Source: Chiloscyllium plagiosum
Lineage: Eukaryota
Direction of reading: 5' to 3'
Length of the DNA stretch: 64,000 bases
Assembly (NCBI RefSeq): GCF_004010195.1
Contig: NC_057719.1
Span: 95,634,094 to 95,698,093, forward strand
The notes under the pieces are model-generated. The model was not told the DNA's origin and ran no database searches. It worked only from the letters and a program-made list of their open reading frames with translations. A program made the position numbers and the translations under genes. How positions within the stretch are numbered: the first letter of the stretch is position 1; each line of letters starts with the position of its first letter. Below are positions 10,796 through 24,089 of this stretch, piece by piece.

Positions 10796-13544
10796 AGAAG
10801 CACTCTCAATGCTGAAAGAAATTAGTTTTTCGTATTGAACTAAGTTTTCATTGACACCTTTATAATGATAAGACAATTCTGCACTCTGCATGGAAAATCT
10901 TAATTGTTTTTTGGTTTATAATGACACTATTTAAAACTTATTGCTTTTGTCAAATGAAAAGACAACCTCTCAATACATGCATTTAGCATACCTGGTGGCT
11001 ATCTTCATAAAGGATATGAATACTGAAAAACTGAATGCTTGTCTTTTAAGCATTCCCAAATTATATACATTATTAACAGCTTCAAAGCAAAATTCCTTAA
11101 TCTGTTCATGCAATGTCCACCATTCCTCTCTCAGAGCAGACAGGTCAGTGAGACAGTTTCCAATTTCTGATACTGTTCAACCACTGATTCCTCAAATGGT
11201 GTTGCCAATTTTGAGCAAAATTAAGCCACAGTCAGTGCCAAAGTACAAAGTGAATGATGTCTAAACACTGTTACAATCAGCAAACAAACAGCCTTTCATG
11301 CGATTGGATTGAATTTATGAGCATTATTTCATAAGATACACTGACCTGACACATAGGAAAGAAGCAGAGAAATCATTCTGATTATCAGGTAACCAAGATA
11401 ACATATAAATATAGATGTTAATGTAATCTGTCCTCAATTATTTTCCACTGCACATTATAACTTTCAGAGAGATGAGACTTTATTATTCTTCATCTTGTAA
11501 CTTGCAATATTGCTGATTTTCCTCATAAATGTATATTAAAATTCAACTTGCAAGTGTTTCTACTCCTCCTTTTGTCAAAACAGACGTATCCTACCCCTTG
11601 GGTGCACAGTCATGCAGGTGAATTAACATTGTGGTATTAATGAGTTTACTTCATACATTTTCATGCAACATGATTTTGAAAATGGGAATGACAGGAAGCT
11701 AGACAATAAGAAGGAACTGACTATAAAATGTGGTATTCCCATGGTCAGTGTTTACCTGGCTTCAACGGCAACATTTTATTAACCAAACTGCAGAGCACAC
11801 AAGCTTTAGTCAATAAAGATCAGCAAGTATATTGTACTTTACAAACCAAGTGCTAACATTTGATAGCTTCCCTGAAATTCAAAATTCTCTCCTGAACTTC
11901 AATTTCAGTATTGAACAAGTTCAGAATGCACTTAAACAGCCAAATGAAATTGGAAGAGATCCACGCTTAGTCACAGATTTAATGATCAAAATCTCTAACC
12001 AATGCAGAGCAACCACCAATTAATTAGATTTGTAATTACACAGTTAATTCCAACTAGAATCAAAACTGGAGGCTGTGCTCATTCGACACCCTGAGTACTG
12101 AATACAGGTCTCTGTGTGGAATCCCTTGTCCTATAACAGCAATGTGGAGTTGGGATGCAATTACAGCTCAGTGATCCTGATCTTTGTACAATTCCAAACG
12201 CTGCCGTACCTTTCCCAGAAGAAAAAGGGAGAAATAAAAATAAATTCCTACAGCTTTGACATCACTCAACCCCCTTCAGTCTCACCCACCCCCACAAACT
12301 CCCAATGCCTCACCCATGACAACACATGCAACTAATGCCTAATTCTACCCACCACCCTTTTCCCTTACGGTGATAAATCATTAAGTGTCCCAGATGAGTG
12401 CAGGTCTAATGAAACTCAAGCATCTCAATGCCAACCAGCACAAAGCAGCCTATTCATCACCTTCAATATTTACTCCATTCACCACCAATATACAGTACTG
12501 GCAATATCCATTTACAAAACGGACTGTGCCAACTCATCAAGATTACTTCAAGACCATCTTCCAAATCCACAAATACTACCATTTAGAAAGGCAAAGGCTG
12601 GAGACATATGCTTACACTACCATCTGCAAGCTTTCCTCCAAGCCACATGAGACTTGGAGCTCTCACAGAGTCCCTGCTCAAAGTCTGGGATATCTCTGTG
12701 AATGTACTTACACCAAATGGACTACAGTACTTCAGCTGACCATACCCTCTGAAGGGTGATAAATGGTGACCTAGCCAGCAACACTCCCATTTGGCAAATT
12801 AAAGAGTTATAAATGACAGTGTTTTTACTCAAGAGTGTAGTATTCATTGGAATTTAAACAATAGACCTGTTAGATTTTTCTGCATATATGTATCTTTTCT
12901 TTCATGTGCGTGAATACTTTTTAAATTCCTTCTTGGGATAGTGGCATCACTGTCTAGGCCAATATTCATTACCCATCCCCACACCCACAGTGCTGCTAAT
13001 ATGGATAGAATTGCAGATGAGGTCAAAACATTCCAGCACACTGTTGACTTAGTCTTTGTGGATTTTGGAACAGACTTTAGGAAGTCAGGAGGTGACTCAC
13101 TTGCTGCAGATTTCCCAGCCTCTGACCCACTCATAGCCACAGCTGCTATATGGTTCATTCTGTTCTATTTATGGTCAATGGTAAGCCATGTATTGAGCTT
13201 TCTAGACACTTCTTCCCACATTAGCACTTTTAGACAACTGCTGACAGACCTCAACAAATTCAACAGCTCCAGGGGATCTATGTGCACAAATGGTACAATC
13301 TTCTCCATAGTTAACTGTCTCAAAGGCACTTCACTCCCCTCTCAATCCCAAGGTTTCTGGGAACCACACCCTCAGGGTTACCTCAGCTCTCAGCATATCC
13401 TGGCTATCCAAAAGAAATGCCCTAAACAGACATGCTTTGACTTGATTTCATCTCAATACTCTAGGGATTTCATTCTATCTCATTTCAATGGAGGAGGCTG
13501 GTGAAATGGCCAGCTGCCCCCAAGGATATGTGCATCTCCAATTC

Positions 13545-13589
13545 CACCCCCTTCCCCCCACCCCCCCCCCCCCCCCCTTCCTCCTCCCC
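13545..13589. repeat. Poly-C tract
   Basis: ccacccccttccccccac(17)ttcctcctcccc. Confidence 0.9.
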
Positions 13590-15844
13590 AGTAAAATGAG
13601 AGAGAGACCAGGTTCAGGGTGGGTTTTGAGATTCTAGATTTCACCACTATAGAGAAGGTCTCGGACCTGGTAAAAATCAGGACAATCGAACACAGAAGAC
13701 AATGCAGCAGAAAACCAAGGGGCCACTTTTAATATCTGAATTATCAAGAACACCTTGAGATATGCAGCCCAAAACAAAGCCCACTGAGAAAAGTGACCTT
13801 AAAGTGGTATCAGATACTTCAGGCAGTAGAAACAATAAATCCACACATTACTTTCAAGTAAATTACAAGAATAGGACAAAGTGACAAATTTTAATCAGTA
13901 AAACTTACATTTACGGCTGATAATGAAAAATGTGTCTTCATCCAATGCAATAAATCATTCTGTTATGTGATGATGTAAATGTGTAATTAGTCAGCTGTCC
14001 TATTACATCTCTCACAATTTTTATTTTCAAGATTTCCTTTAACTTAAAGACCTACAACAGCCTTAAAGGACAATTCCAACAATACGTGTTTGGGTAGCAT
14101 CAATTCCTTGATCTTTTCAGGAGTTTAATTGCTTTTGTTATTCCTAATAACTTCATCGCTGTGTGAAGTTTATTTAAGCACATGGTTTACAAACTCCCTT
14201 GTCCTTCCAGAATTTGGGCATTCTCCTCAAACATTGTTGACCTGACATTGAGGATTAATGATGAACTAACAAACTGGGTCTGGTAGACAGACTTCCGAAT
14301 ATCATGAACCTCTCCCAGTCATTGTGGTCTGTTTATGACTGATATTTATCTGTCTTCCGATACATCTGAGTGTCATATTTCTCTCGGGACCTGTATTCAT
14401 CCTGTGGATATATTAGTAGGCAGTGTGTTTAGATAGTGATGTTTGAAAATGCGACAGAGACTATTCAAATGTTTCACTCCTTCCTCTCTCATTATGACTT
14501 CAGCAGCAGCATCTTTCATAAAGACTCATTCAAAGTGCTCAGTGAGTAGCTGAGGCATGCCCCCAACATGATGTGCAAATCCTCTGATGGTCACTTGTTG
14601 GTTACATGCTTCCTGCTATTACCTTCTGCTACATCAACTGCCAACTGAAAACCTCTAGATTCTATTTGTTATTAGTTGCAGGTCTCTTCTCACTCTCTTT
14701 GTTTCACTTATTTCCTTTTCCACTTTCCCTGTGAATATGTTTTTTTTTTCAATCTGGATGTCACTTACATTATTAATCTGACATCTATTGTGTATGTCTG
14801 TTAACTGTTGCATCTTACTGTCCTTTCTGCCATCAGCCAGAAAGCTTCTGCTTTTCTTGTCCCACTTTTCTCACTCATCTGTACCTTCTCTGTACTCGAA
14901 CTAAAACCTCTTTAAAGGCAATTCAGAGTTCAGCCTTGCCTCCAATTTTTGACTTGGATTTCCCAGAGTTAAATCTCTTCTCAACCTCCTGAAATTGGTT
15001 CTCCTCCAGTTGAGTGTTTTCATTCTAGAATGTTCTTTTCCATAGCTAACCTAAACCCCAGTATGCTACAATCACTCGTGTTCTTAATGAACCTTTGTGC
15101 CAATTGGTGTATACTATGTATTTCAATTCTCAGAAACATTACAAACAAATTCATTTCCTAATTGAAATAGATGGATGGGAAGATGGTAGTTTTTAAATTT
15201 TGATCAGGCTTCATGATGAATACTTCACGCCTGCCAACTGACATCCGCAAAAGGACAAGAATCGTGTTCTAGCTACAACTCTATACAGAAGTATGGTGGC
15301 CTTTGAGGATAGTTAAAGATTTATGAAGAAAGGATTTGCAGTGATTATTAATATTTAGATACCGTATTTATGTAAAAACCTGCCTGAAATAGTTCTCCCT
15401 GCAATACTTTATTTCTGTTGATATTAAGGTTGATTTCCTACTGTTAGATGCCCCAAGGGTTTATCTGTTAAAGAATTCCAGTAAATGCAATTGAGAAATA
15501 CTTAAAACAGGTAAAGTGTCTGTCAAAGATTGCCAGCTTACAAACTGCAAAGCTGCCCAAAAAAAGGGCATCATTACTTTTGACATTTAGCTTTATAAAA
15601 CAGTGACTATGTACAGAATAACTCAATAACCTATATACATTTTCTCCCAGTGTGACACAGAACAAGGAATAAGAAATTCCAATTGTGTTTAGACTCATTC
15701 AAAAGCAGGATATTCCAGCTAAAACTAGAATGATAAAGATCTGATTCATCAGAAAAAGTACAAAGTTGGATGTGATGCTTCCCAACTAACTACTGTTTTT
15801 TTTGGCTATGGCAAGTAATTAAGCTGTGACAATTTGGGTGGAAA

Positions 15845-16405
15845 ATGCTGTGTTTACACAAAGACATTGGTGAGACCAGTTTTGGATTATTGCATGCAGT
15901 AGGAAGGGCGTTGTTAAACTTGAAAAGGGTTCAGAAAAGATTTACATGGATATTGCCAGGGTTCGAGGATTTGAGCTATAGGGAGAGGCTGAACAGACTG
16001 GGGCTGCTTTCCCTGGAGTGTCAGAGGCTGAGGGGTGACCTTATAAAATCATGAGGGACATGGAAAGGGCAAATAGACAAGGTATTTTCGCTGGGGTGGG
16101 GGTGTCCAGAACTAGAGGGCATAGGTTAAGGGTGAGAGGGAGGAGATTTAAAAGGGACCTAAGGGGCAAATTTACATGCAAAGGGTGGTATGTGTATGGA
16201 ATGAGCTGCCAGAGGAAGCGGTGAAGGCTAGTATAATTATAACATTTAAAAGACATCTGGATGGGTATATAAATAGGAAGGGTTTAGAGGGATATGGTCC
16301 AAGTGCTGGCAAATGGGACTAGATTAGTTTAGGATATCTGGTTGGCATGGATGAGTTGGAACAAAGGGTCAGTTTCCATGCTGTAGATCTCTGTGACTCT
16401 GTGAC
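15845..16405 (+). mobile_element. CR1 LINE 3' fragment
   Basis: RVQKRFTWILPGFEDLSYRERLNRLGL...RLRGDL, ending in ctctgtgactctgtgac tail repeats. Confidence 0.85.
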
Positions 16406-16907
16406 GGTATGACCAGTCATGTGGATGTTAATTTGGTGAAGCATTCTATGTAGGGGAGCAGGAAGGTATTTTGAGATTAGGGCAAACCAGGAGGAGGTTG
16501 TTCAGTGACATTATTTAAAAGATGTCATTATATTTTCTTTTCTTCCCCTGTCTGTTTCCTGTCCCAGGCAAACTGATTAAGAGTCTGGAGCTTTGTCAGG
16601 TTAAGGAGATGGCAGTAGTACAGGTTTAGTTGCAGCTACAGACAGAGTGGTTCTAATGAAGGATGGGGGATGATCCCGAATGCTGGAAACAGACTCGGCT
16701 CTGACTGTGTTCCTGCTTGCAGGGACAATGGTTCGCTGGTATTGGGAAATCCAGTGATGATTAGGGAGGGTCGGGGCAGGGTTAGAGGTGAGCAAACAGT
16801 TAATGCCAATTCTTGGACAGTCTGTTGTACTGAGAGAAAAGGTTCCTACCCTCTCCCTGAACATAAATACTGCTGGGAAAGGCATTAACAATACACTCAA
16901 TATGTTC

Positions 16908-17126
16908 ATGATTTGGAGATGCCGGTGTTGGACTGGGGTGTACAAGGTTAAAAATCACACAACACCAGGTTATAGTCCAACAGGTTTAATTGGAAGCACA
17001 CTAGCTTTCGGAGTGACGCTCCATCAGGAGCCCTCCACTATCACCTGATGAAGGAGCGTCACTCCGAAAGCTAGTGTGCTTCCAATTAAACCTGTTGGAC
17101 TATAACTTGGTGTGTGATTTTTAACT
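16908..17126. mobile_element. Penelope-like family B element with inverted arms (about 16947-17029 and 17044-17125)
   Basis: aaaaatcacacaacaccaggttatagtccaacaggttt...ctagctttcggag and its reverse complement. Flanked by ACTCAATAT(G/A)TTCA at 16895-16908 and 17124-17137. Hammerhead-like core at 17045-17073. Confidence 0.7.
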
Positions 17127-19085
17127 CAATATATTCAGTTCCTTTCACCGAGGTCTCGAAACCCAAATGATCAGAAAATAAATCGAATGCACTTGTGAAG
17201 TGCTAGCTCCATTATCATAATTAAATGGTCAGACAATGCCACGTGAACATATTGATCATCAATCCTCAGCTCAAACAGCAGATCAAAGACAGGCTGGCTT
17301 TCCATTAACCTGTGACCTCATACCTCTTACCCATTCCACCCATTTGTAAGAGTAACAATTCAGCCAGTTTGTCTCCCGTGGGATATGATGGTGTTTCAAT
17401 TTAATCACAGTGGTACAAACAGATTACAAGTAAAATGCAATATACATTCGAGTCAATGATAAAATGCAATGGGAAACCTTTTCATATAATTTAAAACCTG
17501 CTCTTCAGACTACAGAAACACATCACCAGGCAACATCCAGTTGTTTGTTTCATTTCCATTTTTAACTAACTTGAAGTAGATCAGTGCAGTAAATCATCCT
17601 GTGATATCCAGCAGCTAAAACAAGCCTGTCCTAACGCACAGAAAACAATCACTCAATACAATGAATTGATTACTTGACTGAAGATTCCACTTTCAACTGA
17701 CAGCACTTCAAACTATTCTTTTCAGAGAAATCATAAAATCCCTGCAACGTGGAAGCAAGCCATTTGGCCATTAGGTCCACACCAACCCTGGATTTGTTTA
17801 AAAATCCAGGCAATGATTTTCACTCAGCAGTTATTGTCTGTTTATTTGTGTTGTTGTTATTGTTTCCATATTATGGAATCTTTTTTTCTGTTTTTCCCTC
17901 TTTACAATTTTCTTCCTTTCTTCCCAGAAGGCTGGCACTTGTGTTCAGGATAACAGCGCCCAGTTTCCATTCCATACCTCACCCAGTCTCGCTGTCTGTC
18001 TCGATCTAGACTGCAAGTGTCAGTATTGGGGGCGGAATACCATAGCTAAGCCTGATCGTCACCTAACACAATGTCTTCACAAATAGGCATCAGAAGAGGG
18101 AACTTTGGCTGACCTTTGGTGCTAGAATCAGAAACAACCAGAACAATTAACACATGCCGACTGTAGTTCAGACTGAAGACACTGACTGAGTCTGGAAAAG
18201 AAGCTTCTTGTTATGGGTCATCACACACAAGTGCTGCATTTCCCTCGTGCATAATGCACTTTCTTTGATCGTGTTTTCTTAGACAGATATTTTGAGTAAC
18301 TCAGGAAAGGTTACCCTGTGCATTCTGGCCTTAAAAAGATCTTAAGTGTTTTGTCCCCAGGCAATTACTCTGTTGGACAATGTTCACTGCAAAGCTGATT
18401 TTTAAAATATCACCATTAAGCAGAAACATTTGTCTTAATAGTGTTTCTACTTCCGATTAAATTTAATCTCAACTGTAATCTCGAACCCTGTTTCTAGTTG
18501 GAGGCCTGTTTTAGGAGTAAAACACAAAGTCTTCAGTCACTGAAATCTGATTAGTTGAAACAAACCAGATATAAATTCATAATCCTGTTTAGAAACTTGT
18601 GACAACATGTAATAAATTATATACAATATAATATTTGCTTGAAATGTACTGACACAAAGGTGTGCACCAATGGTCAGTTTCATGTATCATTCAAACATCT
18701 GCTTATTTGGATTGTTCACTATTGGTAAGGCAGGTCATGTCTTGCCAGATGATGTAATTTTTTCTATAAAGTTATTCTCATTTAGCATTAATGTGTTTCA
18801 TCAGTCTTCTCAGCAGAACTTCAAAGATAAGCAATCTAATCTAATCTAATATGCCTATTATTAAATATAAGAAGAGAGTTTTAGACAAGTCTGATAAGTT
18901 AGGAGGAGTAAGGTCAGGATCCATTCTGAGGTCTCCTCTAAATCGTGTTTTTTTTTATTGTTAAAAATGTTGGCACGTAGCTAATATTTTGTCATAACAT
19001 TAATGGGAAAAGCAGCCAAAAACAACCAGATAATCCAAAGTCTAAATATCATTGGGCTACAGTAAACCCATGAGCTTAGCCATTA

Positions 19086-19623
19086 AGGACATTGGTTAGG
19101 CCACTGTTGGAATATTGCGTGCAATTCTGGTCTCCTTCCTAACAGAAAGATGTTGTAAAACTTGAAAGAGTTCAGAGAAGATTTACAAAGGATGTTGCCA
19201 GGGTTGGAAGGATTTGAGCTATGGGGAGAGGTTGAATAGGCTGGGGCTGTTTTCCCTGGAGCGTCAGAGGCTGAGGGGTGACCTTGTAGAGTTTAACAAA
19301 ATCATGAGAGGCATGGATAGGATAAATAGACAAAGTCTTTTCCCTGGGGCCAGGGAGTCCAGAACTAGCGGGCATAGGTTTAAGGTGAGAGGGGAAAGAT
19401 ATAAAAGAGACCTAAGGGGCAACTTTTTCATGCAGAGGCTGGTACATGTATGGAATGAGCTGCCAGAGGAAGTGGTGGAAGCTGGTACAATTGCAACATT
19501 TAAGAGGCATTTGGATGAGTATATGAATAGGAAGGGTTTGGAGGGATATGAGCCAGGTGCTGGCAGGTGGGACTAGATTGGGTCTGTTTCCGTGCTGTAC
19601 ATCTCTGTGACTCTATGACTCTA
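19086..19623 (+). mobile_element. CR1 LINE 3' fragment
   Basis: ORF 19214..19576 SYGERLNRLGLFSLERQRLRGDL...WNELPEEVVEAGTIATFKRHLD, with a ctctgtgactctatgactcta tail. Confidence 0.88.
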
Positions 19624-19783
19624 CAATTACTGTTACTTAATTTTGATCAATATTGATCATTGTGGATTAATTATTCTAACCAGAGTTGTGTAGTAATTGC
19701 ATCTTGCATGTAAATGCTACTTGAACAAGATTTGCAACATATGGATTGCTTTGGAGCACAGCTGACTACTATGAATCAATAAA

Positions 19784-20126
19784 GGCAGCACGATGACTCA
19801 ATGGTTAGCACTGCTGCCTCATTGCACCAGGGACCTGGGTTCGATTCCAGCTTCGGGTAACTGTCTGTGTGGAGTCTGCACATGCTCCCCGTGTCTGTGT
19901 GGGTTTCCTCCGGGTGCTCTGGTTTCCTCCCACAATCCAAAGATATACAGGTCAGGTGAATTGGCCTTGGCAAATTGCCCATAGTGTTCAGAGATGTATA
20001 GGTTAGGTGCATTAGTCAGGGGTAAATATAGGGTAGGGGAATGGGTCTGAGGGGTTTACTCTTTGGAGGGCTCAGTGTGTACTCATTAGGCCAAAGGGCC
20101 TGTCTCCACTCAGTAGTGATTCTATG
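19784..20126 (+). mobile_element. HE1/V-SINE-like tRNA-derived SINE
   Basis: tRNA-like head (tggttagcactgctgcctca...ggttcgattcc), V-domain-like core (gtgggtttcctccgggtgctc.ggtttcctcccaca.tccaaaga), CR1-type tail (gggcctgt.tcca). Confidence 0.85.
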
Positions 20127-20676
20127 AAATATGAAAGTGCGATGGCTCAAGTGGATTGGTAGAGTTGCTGCAAGGAAATAATGCTAAAATGTTATTATAT
20201 CACATTGCAATTGAATTAGGTTAAAGATTTTACCTTTTATTTAACTACTTTCAATAACAGCCAAGTAAAAGTTTTAAAGGACTATGTCTTCATTCATATT
20301 GTGAAATGGATTAGATTAAGATAATTCAGTAATGTGATGTTTACCATATTTCAGAATCTACTCTATACATGTCGAACAGCATCAGGGCAAGACTCTGGTG
20401 GTAAGAATGCATTGCTAGGAAAACGGTGTTCTGATCCCAGCTGATGTCCTTACCCGAAATATTCAATCCCAGACAAGAACCTGGCTTAATAGATCATATT
20501 TTGATTTACTTTAGCTTAAATGCAGTGATCTCTCACTGAAACATAAGCTGTTACTGACATTGTTTTAACAACAGTTTACTAAAAAAAGGGAGAAAGTAGA
20601 ATGAACCAAACATTTACTGACAACATCAATTCAAAGGTGATTAAATACACAGCGTATAATCCTATTAATCCCAAAG

Positions 20677-20861
20677 TTGAAAAGTGTGGTGCTGAAAAAG
20701 CACAGCAGGTCAGGCAGCATCCAAGGAGCAGGAATGATGAAGGGCTTATGCCCAAAATGTCAACTCTCCTGCTCCTCAGAAGCTGCCTAACTTGCTTTTC
20801 CAGCCCACATTTTTCGACTCTGACTCTCCAGCATTTGCAGTCCTCACTTTCTCCTCGTCTC
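20677..20861. mobile_element. Penelope-like family A element, inverted plus forward arms, 13-bp TSD
   Basis: Flanked by ATTAATCCCAAAG at 20664-20676 and 20862-20874; decayed core tgatgaagggcttatgcccaaaatgtc. Confidence 0.7.
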
Positions 20862-21382
20862 ATTAATCCCAAAGCACTACTTATATAAAATTACAAAGAA
20901 CCAACATTAGTATAGTATCCAAAACATAACTCCGGTATAGTACCCAAAACATCACTGAAGGTGTCTAATACCTCAGCAGGTTTACGTCACTTGTGACTTA
21001 AACTTTTGGATCATAATACAGGTAGCTCTGGGAAGAAACCATCATACACAGGCTTATAAGTACAGTTACATGTAACCACTTTGTGGTTTTCTCCTACGTT
21101 TCTGGGTTACTCTAAGGTGCCTTATGTTCACTCTATATCCTCTCCTTCTCAGGAACATGGTCACCAAAGCTATTTTATTACAAAGACTTCACAGGACTAC
21201 ACCACTCTAATTAAAAGCTGAAACCCAAAGCTCCTTTCTCAGCTGCGAATGTTTTTATTTAAGTGTAACGAGAACACGATCTGGAAGTGACTAACAAACC
21301 ATGAAGCCAGATTATTTACTTTGCTGGATTGTAAATAAACAGAAATCTATTAGCATTACACAAACCTATAAATAGGTGCCAC

Positions 21383-21636
21383 ATTGGTTAGCACTGCTAC
21401 CTCACAGCACCAGGGACCCGGGTTCAATTCCACCCTTTGGTGAGGGGTTTGCATGTCCTCACAGTGTATGTGTGGGTTTCCTCTGGTTGCTCCGGTTTCC
21501 TCCCACAGTCCAAAGATGTGCAGGTTAGCCATGGGAAATACAGGGATGGGTTAGGGGGCTGGGTCTGGGTGGGGTAGGCTGGGGTGGATTTGATGGACTG
21601 AATTGCCTGCTTCCATACTGTAGGGATTCTATGATT
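21383..21636 (+). mobile_element. HE1/V-SINE-like SINE (internally deleted)
   Basis: Same head, core and tail as 19784-20126. Confidence 0.8.
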
Positions 21637-21664
21637 CAAATGTACACAGTGAAATAAGGACTTT

Positions 21665-22290
21665 TACTAGTCTCTGTCACACGTCCAGGAGATCCAGTGA
21701 GCTGGTAGACCTGATGGAAAGGAGGAAGAGCCATGTTTGCCGCATTCAAGAGACAAGGTCAACAGGAGGGCATGCCATGAAGCTAAGAGCTGGTTAGAAC
21801 ATCGTCTACAGCAGCAATATGTGGAGCTGCCTCTACCTCTACACACCTAAGTCAGCTACCTGGAGGAGGTGATAGAGAGCTTCTAGAGGACCATGGAAGA
21901 ACTCCTCTGCCAAAATGACCATCAGAAAACAATCATTGTACTGAAGATCTCAATGGTCACCTTGGAGTGGCCAGATCAGGCGAGAAGAAAGTACACAGCA
22001 TGGGAACTACACACCAACAGGGTTTGAATATTCTGGATGTTGTCATTGCATTTGACCTTGCAGCAATGAACAGCTTTGGCAATAAAATCTCACCACCTTA
22101 TCAACCAAAACGGAGGCAGAGAGAGTCCCAAGTGGTAGACAAGTGATTGGAATTCTGTAACCAACAAGGTTATTCCTGGTGAAGAATGCACAGGCCAACA
22201 TTAATTAGTGATCATGGGCCTGCTGCTCTTAGTCTTAATGGAGGCTAGACTTAAGGGAATAACAGAGATCCGGTGGTGGAGATTGCCCAA
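21665..22290 (+). mobile_element. RTE-clade LINE apurinic endonuclease relic
   Basis: Frameshifted pieces read LVDLMERRK....IQETR, DLNGHL, AFDLAAMNSF, KVIPGEECTGQH and IRWWRL, resembling RTE-type endonuclease motifs. Confidence 0.6.
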
Positions 22291-22899
22291 GGCACAGGAA
22301 CAGATAGAAAAACAAATAAAGAAAAAGAGTAGATAAAGCTCTGGGAGCAATACACAATCAGATGTCCTCACTCCCAGATCCCAACATCAGGTAGAAGTAT
22401 GCATCAGGAAAACAGGAAAGGAGGACCTCCTGAAAACAGGATGCCACTTTGTAGGAGAAGCAAAAGATGATTCTAGAAAATTCCAACATAATTATTTGAA
22501 ATTTCTAGGTATAGTTTGCATATAAAAATCATTTTTACTAATGCATTTCCCCTTATTGAGATCTGACCAAGCAAGACTCAGTCTTACTACATTACATGGC
22601 AAGACATGTTCCTGTGTCACAATAAATATTTCTTCAACTTCGACACTCTTTCACTATCAAGTCAAAAATGGAGAAAGTGGATCAAGGAACACTTCATATT
22701 TAACCATAGTAAATGTAATTAGAATGGTGAAACAGCGAGTGACCTGGAGTTTAAAATCAGTGACCAGCAATAATTGAAATAAGTGGAAATGATTTTTCAC
22801 TAGAATAATGGACATGAATATTTATTTGATGAAGAAAATCTGGTTAGAGTCAGAGTCTGGCCCAAAACATCCTGTCAGACAAAACAACCACCAAATATT

Positions 22900-23102
22900 C
22901 TAAACAAAACTAAAGGAACTGTGGCTGCTGGAAGTCAGAGAAAATAAAATAGGAATTGCTGGAAAAGCTCAGCAGGTCTGGCAGCATCTGTGGAGAGAAA
23001 TCAGGGTTAACGTTTCAGGTCACTTAACCCAAACATTAACTCTGATTTCTCTCCACGGATGCTGCCAGACCTGCTGAATTTTTCCATCAATTCCTGTTTT
23101 GG
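22900..23102. mobile_element. Penelope-like family C element with inverted arms
   Basis: aggaattgctggaaaagctcagcaggtctggcagcatctgtggagagaaatcag versus ctgatttctctccacggatgctgccagacctgctgaatttttccatcaattcct. Confidence 0.65.
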
Positions 23103-23454
23103 TATCTAACTACTGTAATCCATTTTCCTGCACTTGGCATATAGTCATGTATGTCTTGGCATCACAAGTACACAGCTAAATAATTCTTAAATATTGAGGG
23201 TTTCTGTCTCTTCCATCCTCTACAGGCAGTAACTTCCAGACTGCCACCACGTTCTGAGTGAAAATGTTTTTTCTCACATTGATTTTAACTGGTAGAAGGT
23301 TGAGAGGCAATGTTCCCTGGTCATTGATGCCTCCATCAAAGTGGAAAGTTCCTTCCTGCCTATGCCCCTCTCTCCCTCCACTGTTTTGCTCGAAGGAAAA
23401 CAATCCCAGTTCCAGTCTCTCTTCATAGTTACAATTCACCAGCCCAAGCATTTT

Positions 23455-24085
23455 TCCAAGTGGCAGAGCAGATGGCTTCAGTTAGAGCTTGTCCTCTCTG
23501 CCCATTCTCTCTCTTTCCTTTTTGTGTTCCTCTTTCTTCACCCAGCCTCAGCGTGGACACAGTGAGCCATCCTCCCGGCCAGTCGTGGGAGTCTTTCAGT
23601 GGCCGGTGATGATCTCTCGGTCTGGCATCCCAAGGGACAGACAGCAGTGAGTGAGGCCAGCTGGGAATGTTCCAGAGATAGGAGATCATGGGAGGAAGCT
23701 TCCGCACCGATAGCATCACGGCCATATGAGGGAGAGCGAGTGGTGAGGGTGGTCCCCTGGTATCTGCAGTAGCATCAAGAACAGTCTCCCGGAGAACAAG
23801 CTAAGCAGAGGAAATTGGGGCACCAACAAGCAGTCAAAGACTGTTTAACTTATAACTTTATTTTTCTAATGTACATAAAGAAGGATTTTAGTGTTTACAA
23901 TTACCTTATTTATTTACTTTACTACTTATTCAATGAGAGACTGTAATGCTTAACATTTTAAACTTTGCTTCTTTTATTACTTTGTAACTGAGTTTTTTTT
24001 TAACCTTGGGACCTTTGTACCTACGATGGGGCATTAGTCACTTGTCACTATACTCCTGTACTTCAGTACACATGACAATAAAATC
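23455..24085 (+). mobile_element. Non-autonomous retroposon-like repeat with catgacaataaa tail (related minus copy at about 29325-29780)
   Basis: 3' end tttgtaccta...cact.tactc...gtacacatgacaataaa mirrors tttattgtcacatgtactc...cagtgtaaag at 29339-29380. Family not identified. Confidence 0.4.
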
Positions 24086-24089
24086 TGGT

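Noticed and set aside
12941..13504. 187-aa ORF
   Set aside because: The first part overlaps an antisense SINE/LINE tail; no recognisable domain or convincing splice sites.
16908..17126. MITE or DNA transposon interpretation of the inverted-repeat elements
   Set aside because: Arms are asymmetric and vary in length between copies, TSDs are long and variable (12-16 bp), and they carry hammerhead-like cores. This fits Penelope-type inverted pseudo-LTRs better.
19784..19860. tRNA gene (also at 21383, 30083, 45427, 52788 and 53940)
   Set aside because: A/B-box-like heads run into SINE bodies or are fragmentary; no complete cloverleaf.
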